Below are positions 51,801-63,975 of a DNA stretch of 64,000 nucleotides, piece by piece. The number at the start of each line of letters is the position of its first letter. Positions within the stretch are counted from its first letter, which is position 1. The position numbers and the translations under genes were made by a program. The notes under the pieces were generated by a model. It was not told the origin of the DNA. It did no database searches and worked only from the letters and a program-made list of their open reading frames with translations. The stretch comes from Chiloscyllium plagiosum (lineage: Eukaryota), in the NCBI RefSeq assembly GCF_004010195.1, contig NC_057720.1:35362771-35426770 (forward strand), given 5' to 3'.

Positions 51801-52284
51801 ACAATTTGTTGTGGATCCAAAAAAATCCTTCAAAATTGGAAGGGTGGGGCAGCCAAACATGTCGAGAAATGGTGTGGCACTTCATTTTTGCAACAGAAAT
51901 TTTCCTTCGAGACCCTTTCATTTATTTTGAACAATTCTCCCCTTTGTTGATTTTGGGTAGTACATGGAGTTATTGGATGACAAAAGGAAATATGAGAATA
52001 TTATCTATTTTTCCCAGTGGTTAAAACAGCTTTCTGTAAATCAAGTTACAATTGTGATCAAAACAGATAATGATGCAAGAAAATACACAATTACAAGGGG
52101 GGCATGGATATGTTTCCAAAGACTTAAGAGGATAGAAAAGACCATTAGCAGCCTACAACCTTTACAAACATTAAAATAATGAATGCAAACAGAGATGGAT
52201 ATACAGTCTGATTAAAATTCCTTTGCAATGAACTATGATTTCTTTTAATTGCAAATAACTTTCATTCTGAAATTCAAAAATCAT

Positions 52285-53152
52285 AATAAAGGCAAAATAT
52301 TGCAGATGTTGGCAAACAGGAATATTTTTGAAAACGTTTGATATGTAATTTAAGCACGCACAGAGACAAAAACAGGCAGGGAAAACAGAAAAGACAAGTC
52401 TGATATGGGTAGAAGGCAGGAGAGATGAAATGGTTAAGGGTTGATGGTACAACATGGAAGATGATACGGGAACAAGAGACAAAAGAATCTAAGAGAGGTG
52501 TGAATGGGAATAGAATCAACACTAAATAATGGGACATTTGATCTAAAATTGATTAATTCAGTTGAAGTATAAAAATCTGCAGAATGCATAGGTGAAGGAT
52601 AATTTGCTGTTCCTCAAGCTGTATTGAGCTTCATTGGGACAGTGTAAGAATCTGGTGACAAAGAGAAGGCTTCGAAGCAAGAGGCCTGAATGGGAATGCA
52701 ACAAATAATTAAAGTAGCAGAAGACCTGAAGGTTTGGGCCGTACTTGTGGACTAACAAGGTGTTCTGCAAAGTGATCACTCAATTTGTGCCCGGTCTACC
52801 CAATGCAACGATGTTATGGATGGCCTATACAGGATCATAACAATTGCCCCTTTTTTCTTGGAACAATTCTGATAATTCTGCCTTTTTTATTTATACCTCC
52901 CATAGACTGATCTTTTCTTTACTCTTCCCCTTTATTTTTACTTTTTACCATCATTCCTCGTCATTTAATCTCTCCTGCCTTCTGTATTATGACAGACTTC
53001 CCCTTTTGTCTTCCCTCTCCTATTCTTGTTTAAAACCGTAAGATTTCTAACATGTTTCACTTCTAACTAAAGCTCATTCACCTGAAAGGTTAGCATGTCT
53101 AACTTCACAAATGTTGCTTGACCTATTATTTGCAGCATTTTCTATTTTTATT
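52285..53152. mobile_element. Old PLE 3' remnant with inverted halves
   Basis: Minus strand LHCPNEAQYSLRNSKLSF (GIY-YIG C-terminus-like); termini tgcagatgttgg... and ...ttgcagcattttctattttta. Confidence 0.6.
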
Positions 53153-55414
53153 ACAAAATTCACAGAAGCCAACTTTGAAGTTAAATGTTCTGTGTTCACA
53201 CACCAATGTCACCAGCTTCAGTTTCACTGTTAGAGGAACTGCATGGATGAGCAGCACGAAACACAGCTCCACATTAATCTGCCTTTGATAAACATCATGT
53301 GCATCCAGGCAACAAAGACTGTCTGGGTGGTGGCATCAATTTGTTTTCATCCTCCATCTGTACAGACTGGGATTCTGATTCAAAGACTTGCTATTGTGCA
53401 TTTGACACATTAGAGATATAAGGAGTGAACTTATTTCACTCTGTTCAAGAGAGTTGTAAACAACCCGTTAAAAAAGTATTATTGTGTGAACAAGGAAATT
53501 GTTTCTTTTTGGGAGGGGTTAATGAGATTGGAGTGCGGAAATGAAGAAACAGCTGACAGCTGAAATCAAGGTAGGTCAATACACTGAACAAGTGAGCACT
53601 TAACTCCCAACCAGGTTTATCACGTTAACTCCAAAGGGTGCCAGCCTCTTAAAATCACTTGCTTCAGTTGGTTGATTACAAGTCTGGCAGTGAATAGAGC
53701 ATTATAGGGAAGTTAAGCAGTTCTTCAGAAATATGATGCTAATGAGGAACTAATTCCATCAAATCCCTCTTCTTTGCTCATTTGAATCAAATCTCTCGAA
53801 TACTGATTGCGACCACCAGTGAAAAGGATTATGAGAGGTATACTATAAACACCACCAGCACATCCCATCTGGCTAGAAAAGATGCTGGGGACACAACAGG
53901 CTCCAGTTGTGTGTATACATTCGAGTTTTGAAGTGGATGTTTTACATTGACGTCTGAAAAAGAAATTCAAAATCTCTCTACTTAAGCAGTATAGGATTCA
54001 GTGGGTTTTTCTGAGCAGTGTCACTATGCATAATGTAGATCAGATGTATATTTGCAAAAGATAAACACTTGCTAAGTAACAACAAAATAGAATGAAAATG
54101 ATGTAGGAACAGCATACAGGGAAAAGAAAATTAGTGAGTGCATTCCCTTCACACACACACTAGTATTCAATTTATAACCACTTGTCTTTATTTTTAAAAA
54201 ATCATAGGCTACAGATAAGTCGAAGTAGATCCTGAGGATTGAATACAAGAAACATCTTCCATGCACTGAACACGAGATGATCAAGTTGTCTCATGAATGC
54301 TCATAATATTTATTCTGAAATCAGAATGTCACAAGAAATTAAAGCTGGCCATATCAGGAGTCAAATGTAATTTGCTCTCAACCAATTGAAAAATACCAAG
54401 ACATGACTCATTTTGTCACAATTACATGAGAACAACTTTTTTTTTAAACAAAAGGGGGTGAATGCAGCAATTAGACTCGAGCAGCTTGAATCTCCTCAAA
54501 TGGTAGTTATTGATCACAACTGGGTTGGCAAGAATATACACCAAAAAGAATGGAACAGTTTCCTTATTGCAGGGATGGGGGACAATTATAGGATGATTTT
54601 TCACTTATCAGTTACTATCACTTATTTTCTCATAGATTATTATAAAAAAATTAGATCGGGCGGAAAGATGGAAAAAACTCAAGCGTTCATGTGCAATTTT
54701 GGTCAATACATCGTTCACTTAATCTGCCCTTCACAATGAGAACTATAAAGTAACAAGACTTTTCACAAATGAAACTCAACAAAGAACTTAACAGAACGTT
54801 TCCCGTTATGACTTTAGTCTAAAATAAATACTTTAATTCCTTGTACTTCATGGAAGAAAATAACAAGAAACCACTTCCGTTTTGGCAAAATAGCAAAATG
54901 CTAAAGCTGAAGGCCAAACATGTGCCAGGAACCAACGTAGATGAAAGTGATTATTTAATATCTCGTACATGTGTGTTGGTGCTGCTGAGTTAGCATAGCC
55001 ATTAGGGATTTCAACTCCTTCACAAAAAGAAACAAGATTCATTCAAATGCAAATCACTGCCCTCCATTGAGTACTGCCCTGACAGTACACTTCTAAGGCA
55101 GAGAACCATCTATTAAACTTTTACCTCAAGTGGCTCACTATCAGATCTAATATTAACTGATTAGCTCATTACATGACCCAAGTTTCACAACACCAAAGGC
55201 ATCAAGGTTAACTGCAAAGCTGGTATTTCTTTTTTCTTTCTTCCAGAATTTGAGGTCATTGGCCATGATACTTGCTAAGAGTTAGGTGGATAGCCCTGGA
55301 AAGTTGTAAATTGGTAGCACATTAAGTGCAAGTTATCAAGACAGTTATTATTAGTTCAAGACCAATGGAATTATTCAATACTTTATTCTTAACAATCAAA
55401 ACTAGGAGTAATGT

Positions 55415-56850
55415 ACTTGACTAGATCTGGCCCCAAACAGTGAAGAGCTTTCTCCCTTATTCCCATTGTCTTCAGTTTTTAAGACTCCTTCATATCACGC
55501 TCTAGTCAAATGCTCTCTTAATGCCATCTGCAGCACCTTTGTCTCCCCATGAGTTCAGCTATTTTGTCCATTTATGAACTAAGGCTAGAATGAGGTCGGG
55601 GGTCTGTCGTACTGACAAAACTCAAACTAAGTGTCAATGGGAATGTTATTGCTGTGGAACTGCTGCATTATAGCATTGTTGATAATAACTTTCAGCAGAG
55701 TAACGGAAAGTGAGGGTAGACTGATGTGGTGATAACTGGCTAGGTTGGATTTGTCCTGCCTTTTGTGGCTGGAACATACGCTGGCAACGTTCTGTATTAT
55801 CACATATTTGGAAGTGGTGTAGCTGTTCTGAAACAGTTTGGCTGAGAGAACTGCTGGTTTTAGGGACCAGGTCTTCGGTATTATTGTCAGGGTGTCATGA
55901 GTGCATAGCCCTTGCAGTATTCAGTTCCTTCAGCTGTTTCTTGATATCACAAGTAGTTAATAAAATTGACTGAAGATAGGCATCTGTGATGCTGGGCACT
56001 TCAGGAGGCCAAGATGGATCTTCTATTCAACTTTTCCTCCATCATAAATTCAGAAGTGTGCATTTTCGTTGCTGACTTCACCATGTTCAGCAGCATTTCG
56101 AGCTCCTTGAACACTGAAACATGCTATCTCAGCTTGCAAGAAGACCCAAACAAAATTCAGACTTGGTCTAATAACTGGCAAGTAACATTCACACCACAGA
56201 ATTGCTAGGTAACGGCCATCTAAAGAATCTAATCATGATGTTCAATGACATAACAGGATTAGTTATATAAACAGTATGGCTACAAGAACACATCAGAGGT
56301 TGGGAACGCTGTGATAAGTAATCAACCCCCGACCCCAAAGCCTGAGCATCATCTATAAGACACAGGTCAGAAGTGTAATAGAATACTCCACACCTTCCTG
56401 GATGAGTGCTGCTCCAAAAGTACTGAAGAAGTTCAATGCCATCCACTGCTCGATTGCCATTCTATCCACTATCTTAAACACTCACTCACTTTGCAACCAG
56501 TACATAGTGGAAGCAATGTGTACCATTTATAAAATGAACTGCAGCAACTCACCTGCCTCTTTCAATAACTTGCTCAAAAACCGATACCTCAACCACTGGC
56601 AAAGCAAGCAGATGCTTGTGAACACCACCACATACAAGTTTCCTTCCAAAACGTATGCCATCTTGATTTGTTATTTCATTGTCACCAGTTCAAGGTCTTA
56701 GAACTTACTTCCGAACAATGCTGTAGGTATAGCTACACCACATGAACTGTAGTGGTTCAAGAAGGCAGACCACCAGCACTTCCACCAGGATAGTTTAAGA
56801 CCTATAACAAATTTTGGACGAGCCAGTGACACCCCCACATCACATGAAAA
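55415..56850 (+). mobile_element. Family B LINE with inverted 5' segment (55415-56020 minus, 56030-56850 plus)
   Basis: Minus part matches 13880-14460; plus part FSSIINSEVCIFVADFTMFS...tail cacccccacatcacatgaa. Confidence 0.7.
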
Positions 56851-57183
56851 CATTTCTAAAAAGTGACTTTCTCATTGATTGATCCAAACCACCACTCAAA
56901 TATGAAAGATTGCTGTGAATCTGCGCAATGGAATAGCCAGATCAACAAAAAAATCTTTTCAATCGTTTTGCCATATTTTGGCTTTCTTTGACAGTGCTGT
57001 TAGTTCTTCCATCTGAATAATAATCCAGTATCCATTTACACTGCTATAATTGTGCAAGATAATAAGCCACATGAATCTATTTTCAAAAGCAATAGCCTCA
57101 ATAATAAGCAACATGCAAAGAGCAAATTGAGAGATGCCTTACAATGAAATCATTTGGTTCTGTACTAGCACAGACAACCACAG

Positions 57184-57213
57184 TTTATTCTGGAAGGACT
57201 TTGAACTTTTATT
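57184..57213 (-). promoter_or_regulatory. Candidate RNF220 polyadenylation signals (two AATAAA)
   Basis: tttatt at 57208-57213 and 57184-57189; GU-rich tgtggttgtctgtg just downstream on minus. Confidence 0.4.
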
Positions 57214-58587
57214 AGCAAATGCCAGTGTGTTAATGGATATTTCAAGCTTTGTCCATTAAAGCCATATTACATGAACTGTGGCAACATTTGTTTTTAAAAA
57301 TACAGTGCTCAAGGGATGATCGGAAACATCAAAACAGCAACTGGCTATTAAAGAGGGGGGAAAAAGAAAGGAAATAGAAGTGTAAGGAATTGCAACTATG
57401 TCCAACCAACATCAAAAGGGTTATGTTAAAGGTCACCATGTAGCCTGCTTAGGCCAAGAGATTCTTTTTACATCATGGTCAATTACTACAGAAAATTCAT
57501 ATCATTCTTATTTCTTTTAAGGCCTGTACCTGTCATGGCCAACATGCTTTGTAAAGAATAAAGTCAAATTTTAATTTTTCTACTCCCTTGATAATGTGTT
57601 TCTTGGGAGCCAAGCATTTCACAGGCTACAGCGAGTTACACATTTCAGTGACTGTCCCAGAATGTAGCATAAATGTAATATGAAAGAGAACCAGGAACCA
57701 AGGTCCAACTACCTTAATAACAAGACAACACTAAAACTGTGAGACTTATAATGATGGGCTATACAAACTATAACAACTGGCAACATTCAAAAGATTTTCA
57801 GAAACTGCAGATGAAGCCAATTTAGTTATGAATTTTGATAGAGGGCAGGGTTGCCATTGTTATAGGCAACTGTTAATCACAGAATAAATGCATTCTGTTC
57901 AAAAATCTACTTTCAAGTTCTTCAGTATATTCCAGGACTTTTCACATGAATAACAAACATTATAACTGGTTACATATTCTGGTACAACTGAGACACACAG
58001 CACAACGCTGGTCCACAAGAACTAACGCAGCTTCACCTTAGGGATTGGGCCATAGCCTCTATATAGAGGTCAGCCTGGTTCTCCCTCAGGAGTCTGGTGC
58101 TGCGCAGCCTGATATTTTAAATGGGTCAGGCTTCTAGTACAAGTAGCCCATTTGTTACAACTAAGACAAGCCATCTTGTCTACATCCTTTAGTATTTAAG
58201 TTATGGGTATTATTACAGCCATTACTGAAGCTGTCCCTTTAATCTGAATGAGAAATATACATCACAAATCTTTCATTAAACCAGATTATTTTTTAACCAA
58301 CTGCCCAAAATATTTAAATCTTAGGTAGCCAGGGTAAAAAATACTGCAGATTTAATGCATCTTACTTTTTCTCTCAAAATGATTAAGGACTTATTAGTAT
58401 GCACTGTTCATAAGTCTATTCCATTTATACACAATCAATGGTGTAAACATACATAATTTATATTACATGTGCTTCATCTTTTTTTTGTCACTATAACACC
58501 ACAATAGAACACAGTACAGGTCCATTCACAATGCACAGCCCAGAATGTCTTCTGGTAAACGTAGCTCCAGTCAACAGGTTTACGGAG

Positions 58588-58627
58588 GTGTGTGTATGTG
58601 TGTGTGTGTGTATGTGTGTGTGTGTGT
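58588..58627. repeat. Imperfect (TG)n microsatellite
   Basis: gtgtgtgtatgtgtgtgtgtgtgtatgtgtgtgtgtgtgt. Confidence 0.95.
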
Positions 58628-58889
58628 TCTGGGCATCAATCATCTGATAAAACTCGGACGGGGGATGGGGGTTCCTTTATTATTAACACAACAAACAGCA
58701 TTATCAAGTTCTCCTCTTTGATGGGCTGCTTCTCTCCTTCCAGACACTTAAGAGAAAATCAAAAATGGAATATTTGTACATTTTTTGGCGCCACCCCACA
58801 ATTGTTCATGGTCCTCTTTCTGTTGTGAGGCATCGTGATTAACTTGGCCTCAGGATCATCACGGCCTTTTCTTTCTGTATCCCACTCAT

Positions 58890-58961
58890 TCACAAATAAA
58901 CGCGTCTGAGATCTCCAGGGGATGTGATGGTGTTGCACTGTGGACAGAGTTTTTTGGCCCC
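58890..58961 (-). CDS. RNF220: Terminal coding exon of E3 ubiquitin ligase RNF220 (end of the RING domain); upstream exons not found in the window
   Basis: Acceptor ctaactatttcttctttttcag| then ggg gcc aaa aaa ctc tgt cca cag tgc ... tat ttg tga = GAKKLCPQCNTITSPGDLRRVYL*, matching the recalled RNF220 C-terminus GAKKLCPQCNTITAPGDLRRIYL; too short for the ORF track. Confidence 0.93.
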   Translation of the reverse strand, partial: GAKKLCPQCNTITSPGDLRRVYL

Positions 58962-61900
58962 CTGAAAAAGAAGAAATAGTTAGTTAAACACAAGGGAAGG
59001 TCCCCCAGCTATTGTAATTATTATGTTTGCCTTTTTTTATGGTTGATGTAGAAAAGGTTATTATTGTCCATGTGACTCTTCACAATCACAGAGGACTTTA
59101 CAGCATGTTTTTATGCATGTTTTTATTTCATGTTTTCACAGATTAATTTCCAGAATAGTGAAAGTGATGAGATTTCAAATTACTCTTCAATTCTAAAGAA
59201 ATGTTATTAGAGATTTTTTTAGGAATTCACAAAAATAGCCTCTAATTTGGACACATTTTCTAAGACAGATGCATTAACTCTGATATTTATATATCTCTCC
59301 TTGATGTTATTTTATACTATAATGCTTCCTCAACGAAGATCTAGAACTTTTTAAATACTCCAACCAACTGCTAAAGATATGGCTCAATCATATTCAGGTG
59401 ACTGAATTTTTGAATTCTAAGTGGATGAAAGAACTTTGCTTATGTTTAGAAAATAGTTTAATGCAAGTTATCAATTAATCTTGCCCTTCTACACACTCTT
59501 TAGAAGTACAATTCACCATGTCCAGTGAACAAATTTTTTTTTTAATCAATTCATTTTCACAACTGGGATGCTAAATTAACTATTACTCCATTAATGTCTT
59601 CATAGTTAATTAGTGGACACAGTTAAGCAAACATTTTAATATTTTTTAAAGCTCTAAGATGAAATGCATTCCACAAAGCTGCAACAAGAATAAAAAAAAT
59701 ACTGAAACTGTCTTAAACTTATGTCAAACAGTCTACAGTGGCTAGACACAATTAATTCTAATATTTATTCCAATAAAGCTACAAACTGATCAAATAATTG
59801 GTTAGTGCCATTTTATAAATGGAATCCTATACCTCTGAGCAGCCAGACTATTGGTACAAAAACCCATGGTCATCATCTCAACAATATGATCATTTAAAAT
59901 GTGAATTATGTGTTAATCTAATAAGAATTGTCTTTAAAAATGATTAGAATGAAACAGAAGATGAAATAAAATGGCCTCACGCAAACCAAACAAGCAAACC
60001 AGATAAAATGCATTTTTGCTCTGATTTACACGAATTTAAGTGAGAAAGTTGACAACTAAAGTGTAACATGGCATTTAAATGTTCAAAGCTGACACAGTGT
60101 AACAGCAGACAAACTGCTATAACACTCAGATTGCAGTGGTCATTTGTGTTGAAGCATTGTAAATATTAGGCTTGCGTAAAACTGAGGTCTTGCAGTTTTT
60201 AAAAGCTGATAACTATTCAGTGACCTACTGACCAATTTTTATTTAAGCAATTAGATTCGATTCATCTGATCTGAGGCTTATAAATGCCACAAAATTTGAA
60301 AATTCTTGCAGTTTTCACCTTGTGTACAGGTGCAAAATAGATACAAATTACACTTTCCTGTTAATAATCTGTAAAGTCAAATTAAAATCTGGCAGAATTT
60401 TTAAAAAAAACTACACAATGTTACTTGAAATGTAGATATTGCTAAAACTACGTTTCTTACCTACATTGCTCGCAACTGCAATCAATATTTTAATTGTCAC
60501 CTAGACTTGTACAACTTCAATAACATACAGCTCTGTATGTTCCTAGATGAAATAAGAAGGTTTTTTTCTTTTATGCTCTTATTTACTTTTTTAGCCATTT
60601 TTAATAACCTCTATATGTGCACATCAAGATTTCTTTGCACAATTTAAAATTGTAATTTTTCTATTCCCAAGGCTTCCTTTTTCATTTAGCACTTTTTTCT
60701 TTTGTGTTCATCCAACCACTTCTGTTATCTGAAGGCATTGTTTTCATGATATATTCAACTTAGTGCCATCAGCAAAATTTGCATTTTTATTTGCAAATCA
60801 ATGTACATGAAGTTTAATACACTTCACTTATGTATTATCTTTGTTATTTCTCCAAAGAATTTTACAATTTAATCAAGCATGGCTTGTCTTAGATATACAT
60901 GTTGTCCAACTCTGAATAGCTTATGTTTGTATAAGTGCTTACTAATTTAATACCGTGTTGTCGACTCTAGTACGGTTAACAGTGCTATCCCTTACATTTG
61001 AGAAACCTTTTCAGTATCGTATTTCCTGAATTACACTTCTTCAATATCATGATTTACAACGGCCACTAACTTTGCTTGGTTGTACATAACTTAAAAATTG
61101 ATGAAAAATGAAACATGTTGCTGAAGCTTTTCATCCCGCACGTCAGGCCAAGTGCAAGAATGCCAAGAATCAATTAATCAATCACCATAATTTATAATAT
61201 CAGAGAAATGCATGCTGGTTGGTTGCCAAGTCAATTCTAATTGGTTGAGACACTATCATGCCTTCTTTAAGTTACCCAGAAACTTCATGAGCCTATTTTA
61301 ATTGCTTTCTCCATAACAGCATCATGGGTCTTTTGCTAAATAAGGATATTTCAACTGTATTGATTAGCATCTTATTCAAAGTAATTCTTTGCATACAGCT
61401 CAGTAAGAATGGAACTGTTGCCACCTCCCTTCCTCTGCTCCTCTCTGATTCCTTCTAGCTGCTTGTCCAGTTCTGTGTGCCCTCTGCTGATTCTCCAAGT
61501 CTAGTTCTCCTCCAAAGAGAAGACATATTGATATATCCATGTCTGTCAGAAGCTAGCTTGTGCTGAATCCTCAAAGTCAGGAAAAAATGTTTAACAGTTT
61601 CCACAAGTATGACAAAACTTTACATGCAAGTGTCAAATTTAATTTTGTTTTCCAAAAAATGTGTGCTAACAATTTTGTCACATAGTCTTTTTAACTTTCC
61701 GTGTTTTACTTTAAATATCCTTTACATTTATCCTGAGATTTTCATTGGTCCTGTAAGTAATTAAATGCATTTTTTTAGTTTCAAGTTAGATCTAATCTCC
61801 CTATCCATCCATCAATGGATCTTTCAATACATCCCAATTTTTTCTGATCAGGAACTTTGTGTGCACACACACTATCTCCTATTCAATATTTTATTTTGCG

Positions 61901-62096
61901 GAATAGAAGGCTTGTTTGCCAACTTTATTTCTTACACTAATCTGGGCAAGGTCCAACTTTACCCTTCACATTTGCTTTTTCAATATTCATTTCCCTTGCC
62001 CTCAACCTCCTTCCTTCAATTTCTACTTTTTTGCTGAATCAAATAACAACTCGGCAATGACAAGTGACAACTAGGGTCAGGCAATAAATAATTTTG

Positions 62097-62203
62097 AAAT
62101 CGACATTTTCGCTGCTCCATGGATGCTGCCTGAACTGCTATGCTCTTCCAGCACCACTAATCCAGAATCTGGTTTCCAGCATCTGCAGTCATTGTTTTTA
62201 CCT
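62097..62203 (+). mobile_element. 107-bp PLE terminal-repeat stub
   Basis: 14-bp TSD aataaataattttg (62083-62096 / 62204-62217); same family as 45454-45534. Confidence 0.88.
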
Positions 62204-62348
62204 AATAAATAATTTTGGACAGGCTTAGGGATTTGGCAAGGGATAGAATATAATGTGAAAAAATATGAGGTTGTCCACTTTGGTAAGAAGAATTGATGTG
62301 TAAAATATTTCTCAAATGGTAAGAGCTTGGAAAGTGTAGATTTGCAAA

Positions 62349-62570
62349 GGAGAAAGTGAGGTCTGCAGATGCTGGAGATCAAAGTTGAAACTTTATTGCT
62401 GGAACAGCACAGCAGGTCAGGCAGCATCCAGGGAACAGGAGATTCGACGTTTCGGGCACAGGCCCTTCTTCAGGAATCTTGAAGAAGGGCCTGTGCCCGA
62501 AACGTCGAATCTCCTGTTCCCTGGATGCTGCCTGACCTGCTGTGCTGTTCCAGCAATAAAGTTTCAACTT
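62349..62570 (-). mobile_element. Young fold-back PLE terminal-repeat element
   Basis: Perfect 91-bp arms (62382-62472 / 62480-62570); TSD tagatttgcaaagg (62337-62350 / 62570-62583). Confidence 0.92.
62440..62479 (-). ncRNA. Minimal type I hammerhead ribozyme motif
   Basis: Minus strand: agauuc CUGAAGA A GGGC-cugu-GCCC GAAA C GUC gaaucu; 6-bp stem I, 4-bp stem II, palindromic ACGU stem III, GUC triplet. Confidence 0.72.
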
Positions 62571-63357
62571 AGATTTGCAAAGGGACTTGGGTAGCCTTGT
62601 CAATAAATCACTGTGAGCCAACATGCAGCTTTTGGAAGACTAATAGAATGTTACACTTTATTGAAAGAGGGTTTAAGTACAGGAGCATTCAAGTCTTGCT
62701 TCAACTGTATAAGAACTTGGTTAGATCACACCTGGACTATGTGTGCAACTTTGGTCTTCTCATCTTAGGAAAGATATCAATTCCAAGGAAAAGCAACAAA
62801 TGGTTCACCAGGATGGTGAGATTGTCCTTTGAAGAGAAATTGGGCAAACTGGGCCCATACTCCTTGAGTTATAAAGAATGAGAAGTGATTTCACTGAGAC
62901 CTTCAAAAACCTTAAGGGTTACACAAGATAGATGCAGATTAAGATGTTTGCCCTGGCAGGGGGAGACTAGAACCAGGGGTGATATTTAAAAATAAGAGGG
63001 ACACCACTTCAGAGTGAGATAAGGAAAAATCTAATTATCTGGGGGGGTATGAATCTTTGGAACTTTCAACCCTAGAAGGTTGTGGAAGCTCAGAGTTTGA
63101 GTATATTTAAACGAGAGGTGGACAGATTTTTGATTATCAATTGGAAAAGGATAACGGAGATGGTGTGGGAAAAAGGCATTGTAGTGTTTGGTGAACCACG
63201 ATTTATTAAATGGCACAACAGGAATAAACAGGCTGAATGGCCTACTCCTGCTCCTTTTTCTCACTTTTGCTTTTTAGCTTTAGTTTCCCCCAGCCCTTTC
63301 CTCACTGTTACCACAGTTCCAGTCAACCTCTCATCATGGAGGGAGTCCCCATTCACT

Positions 63358-63975
63358 CATATAGTCACAAGAGATATACAGCACCGAAACAAACCCTTCG
63401 GTTCAACTCATCCATGCCGACCAGATATCCTAAAGTACAGCGCTATTTGCAAGCATTTGGCCCATATCCCTCCAAACCCTTTTTATTCATATACCCATCC
63501 AGATGCCTTTTAAATGTTGTAATAGAAGCTCATTCCATACAGGCACCACGCTCTACATGAAAAAGTTGCCCCTTAAGTTCCCTTTAAATCTTTCCCCTCT
63601 CACCATAAACCTATGCCATCTAGTGTGGATTTCCCCAATCTGGGAAAAAGACCTTGTTTCCTTACCCTATCCATGCCCCTTATAATTTTATAAACCTCTA
63701 TAAGATCACCCCTCAACCCCAGTCCATTCAGCCTCTCCCTATAGCTCAAATCCTCCAACCCAAGCAACCCTTGTAAATTTTTATTGAACCCTTTCATGTT
63801 TCACAACATTGTTCCGAAGCAGGGAGACCAGAATTGCATGCAGTATTCCAATAGTGGCCTAACCAATGTCCTGTACAGCTACAACATGACCTCCCAACTC
63901 TGATACTCAATGCACTGACCAATAAAGTGAAGCATACCAAACGCCTTCTTCACTATCCTGTGTACCTGAGACTCC
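63358..63975 (-). mobile_element. CR1 (HER1-like) 3' fragment
   Basis: LEDLSYRERLNG...GDLIEVYKIIRGMDRV; colinear with 7972-8645. Confidence 0.9.

Larger units (their letters stand above)
62060..63262 (+). mobile_element. Old CR1 3' part interrupted by two PLE-derived inserts
   Basis: EVVHFGKKN, QRDLG, LLQLYKNLVRSHLDY, 3' end gaatggcctactcctgctcct. Confidence 0.8.

Noticed and set aside
60455..60505. Possible penultimate RNF220 exon (minus strand CSCEQC followed by gtaag)
   Set aside because: Lacks the expected HCEECWLRTL sequence and has a poor acceptor
61110..61165. Another hammerhead-like remnant on the minus strand (ctgacgtg...gaaaagctt)
   Set aside because: Core and stem II too degenerate to call
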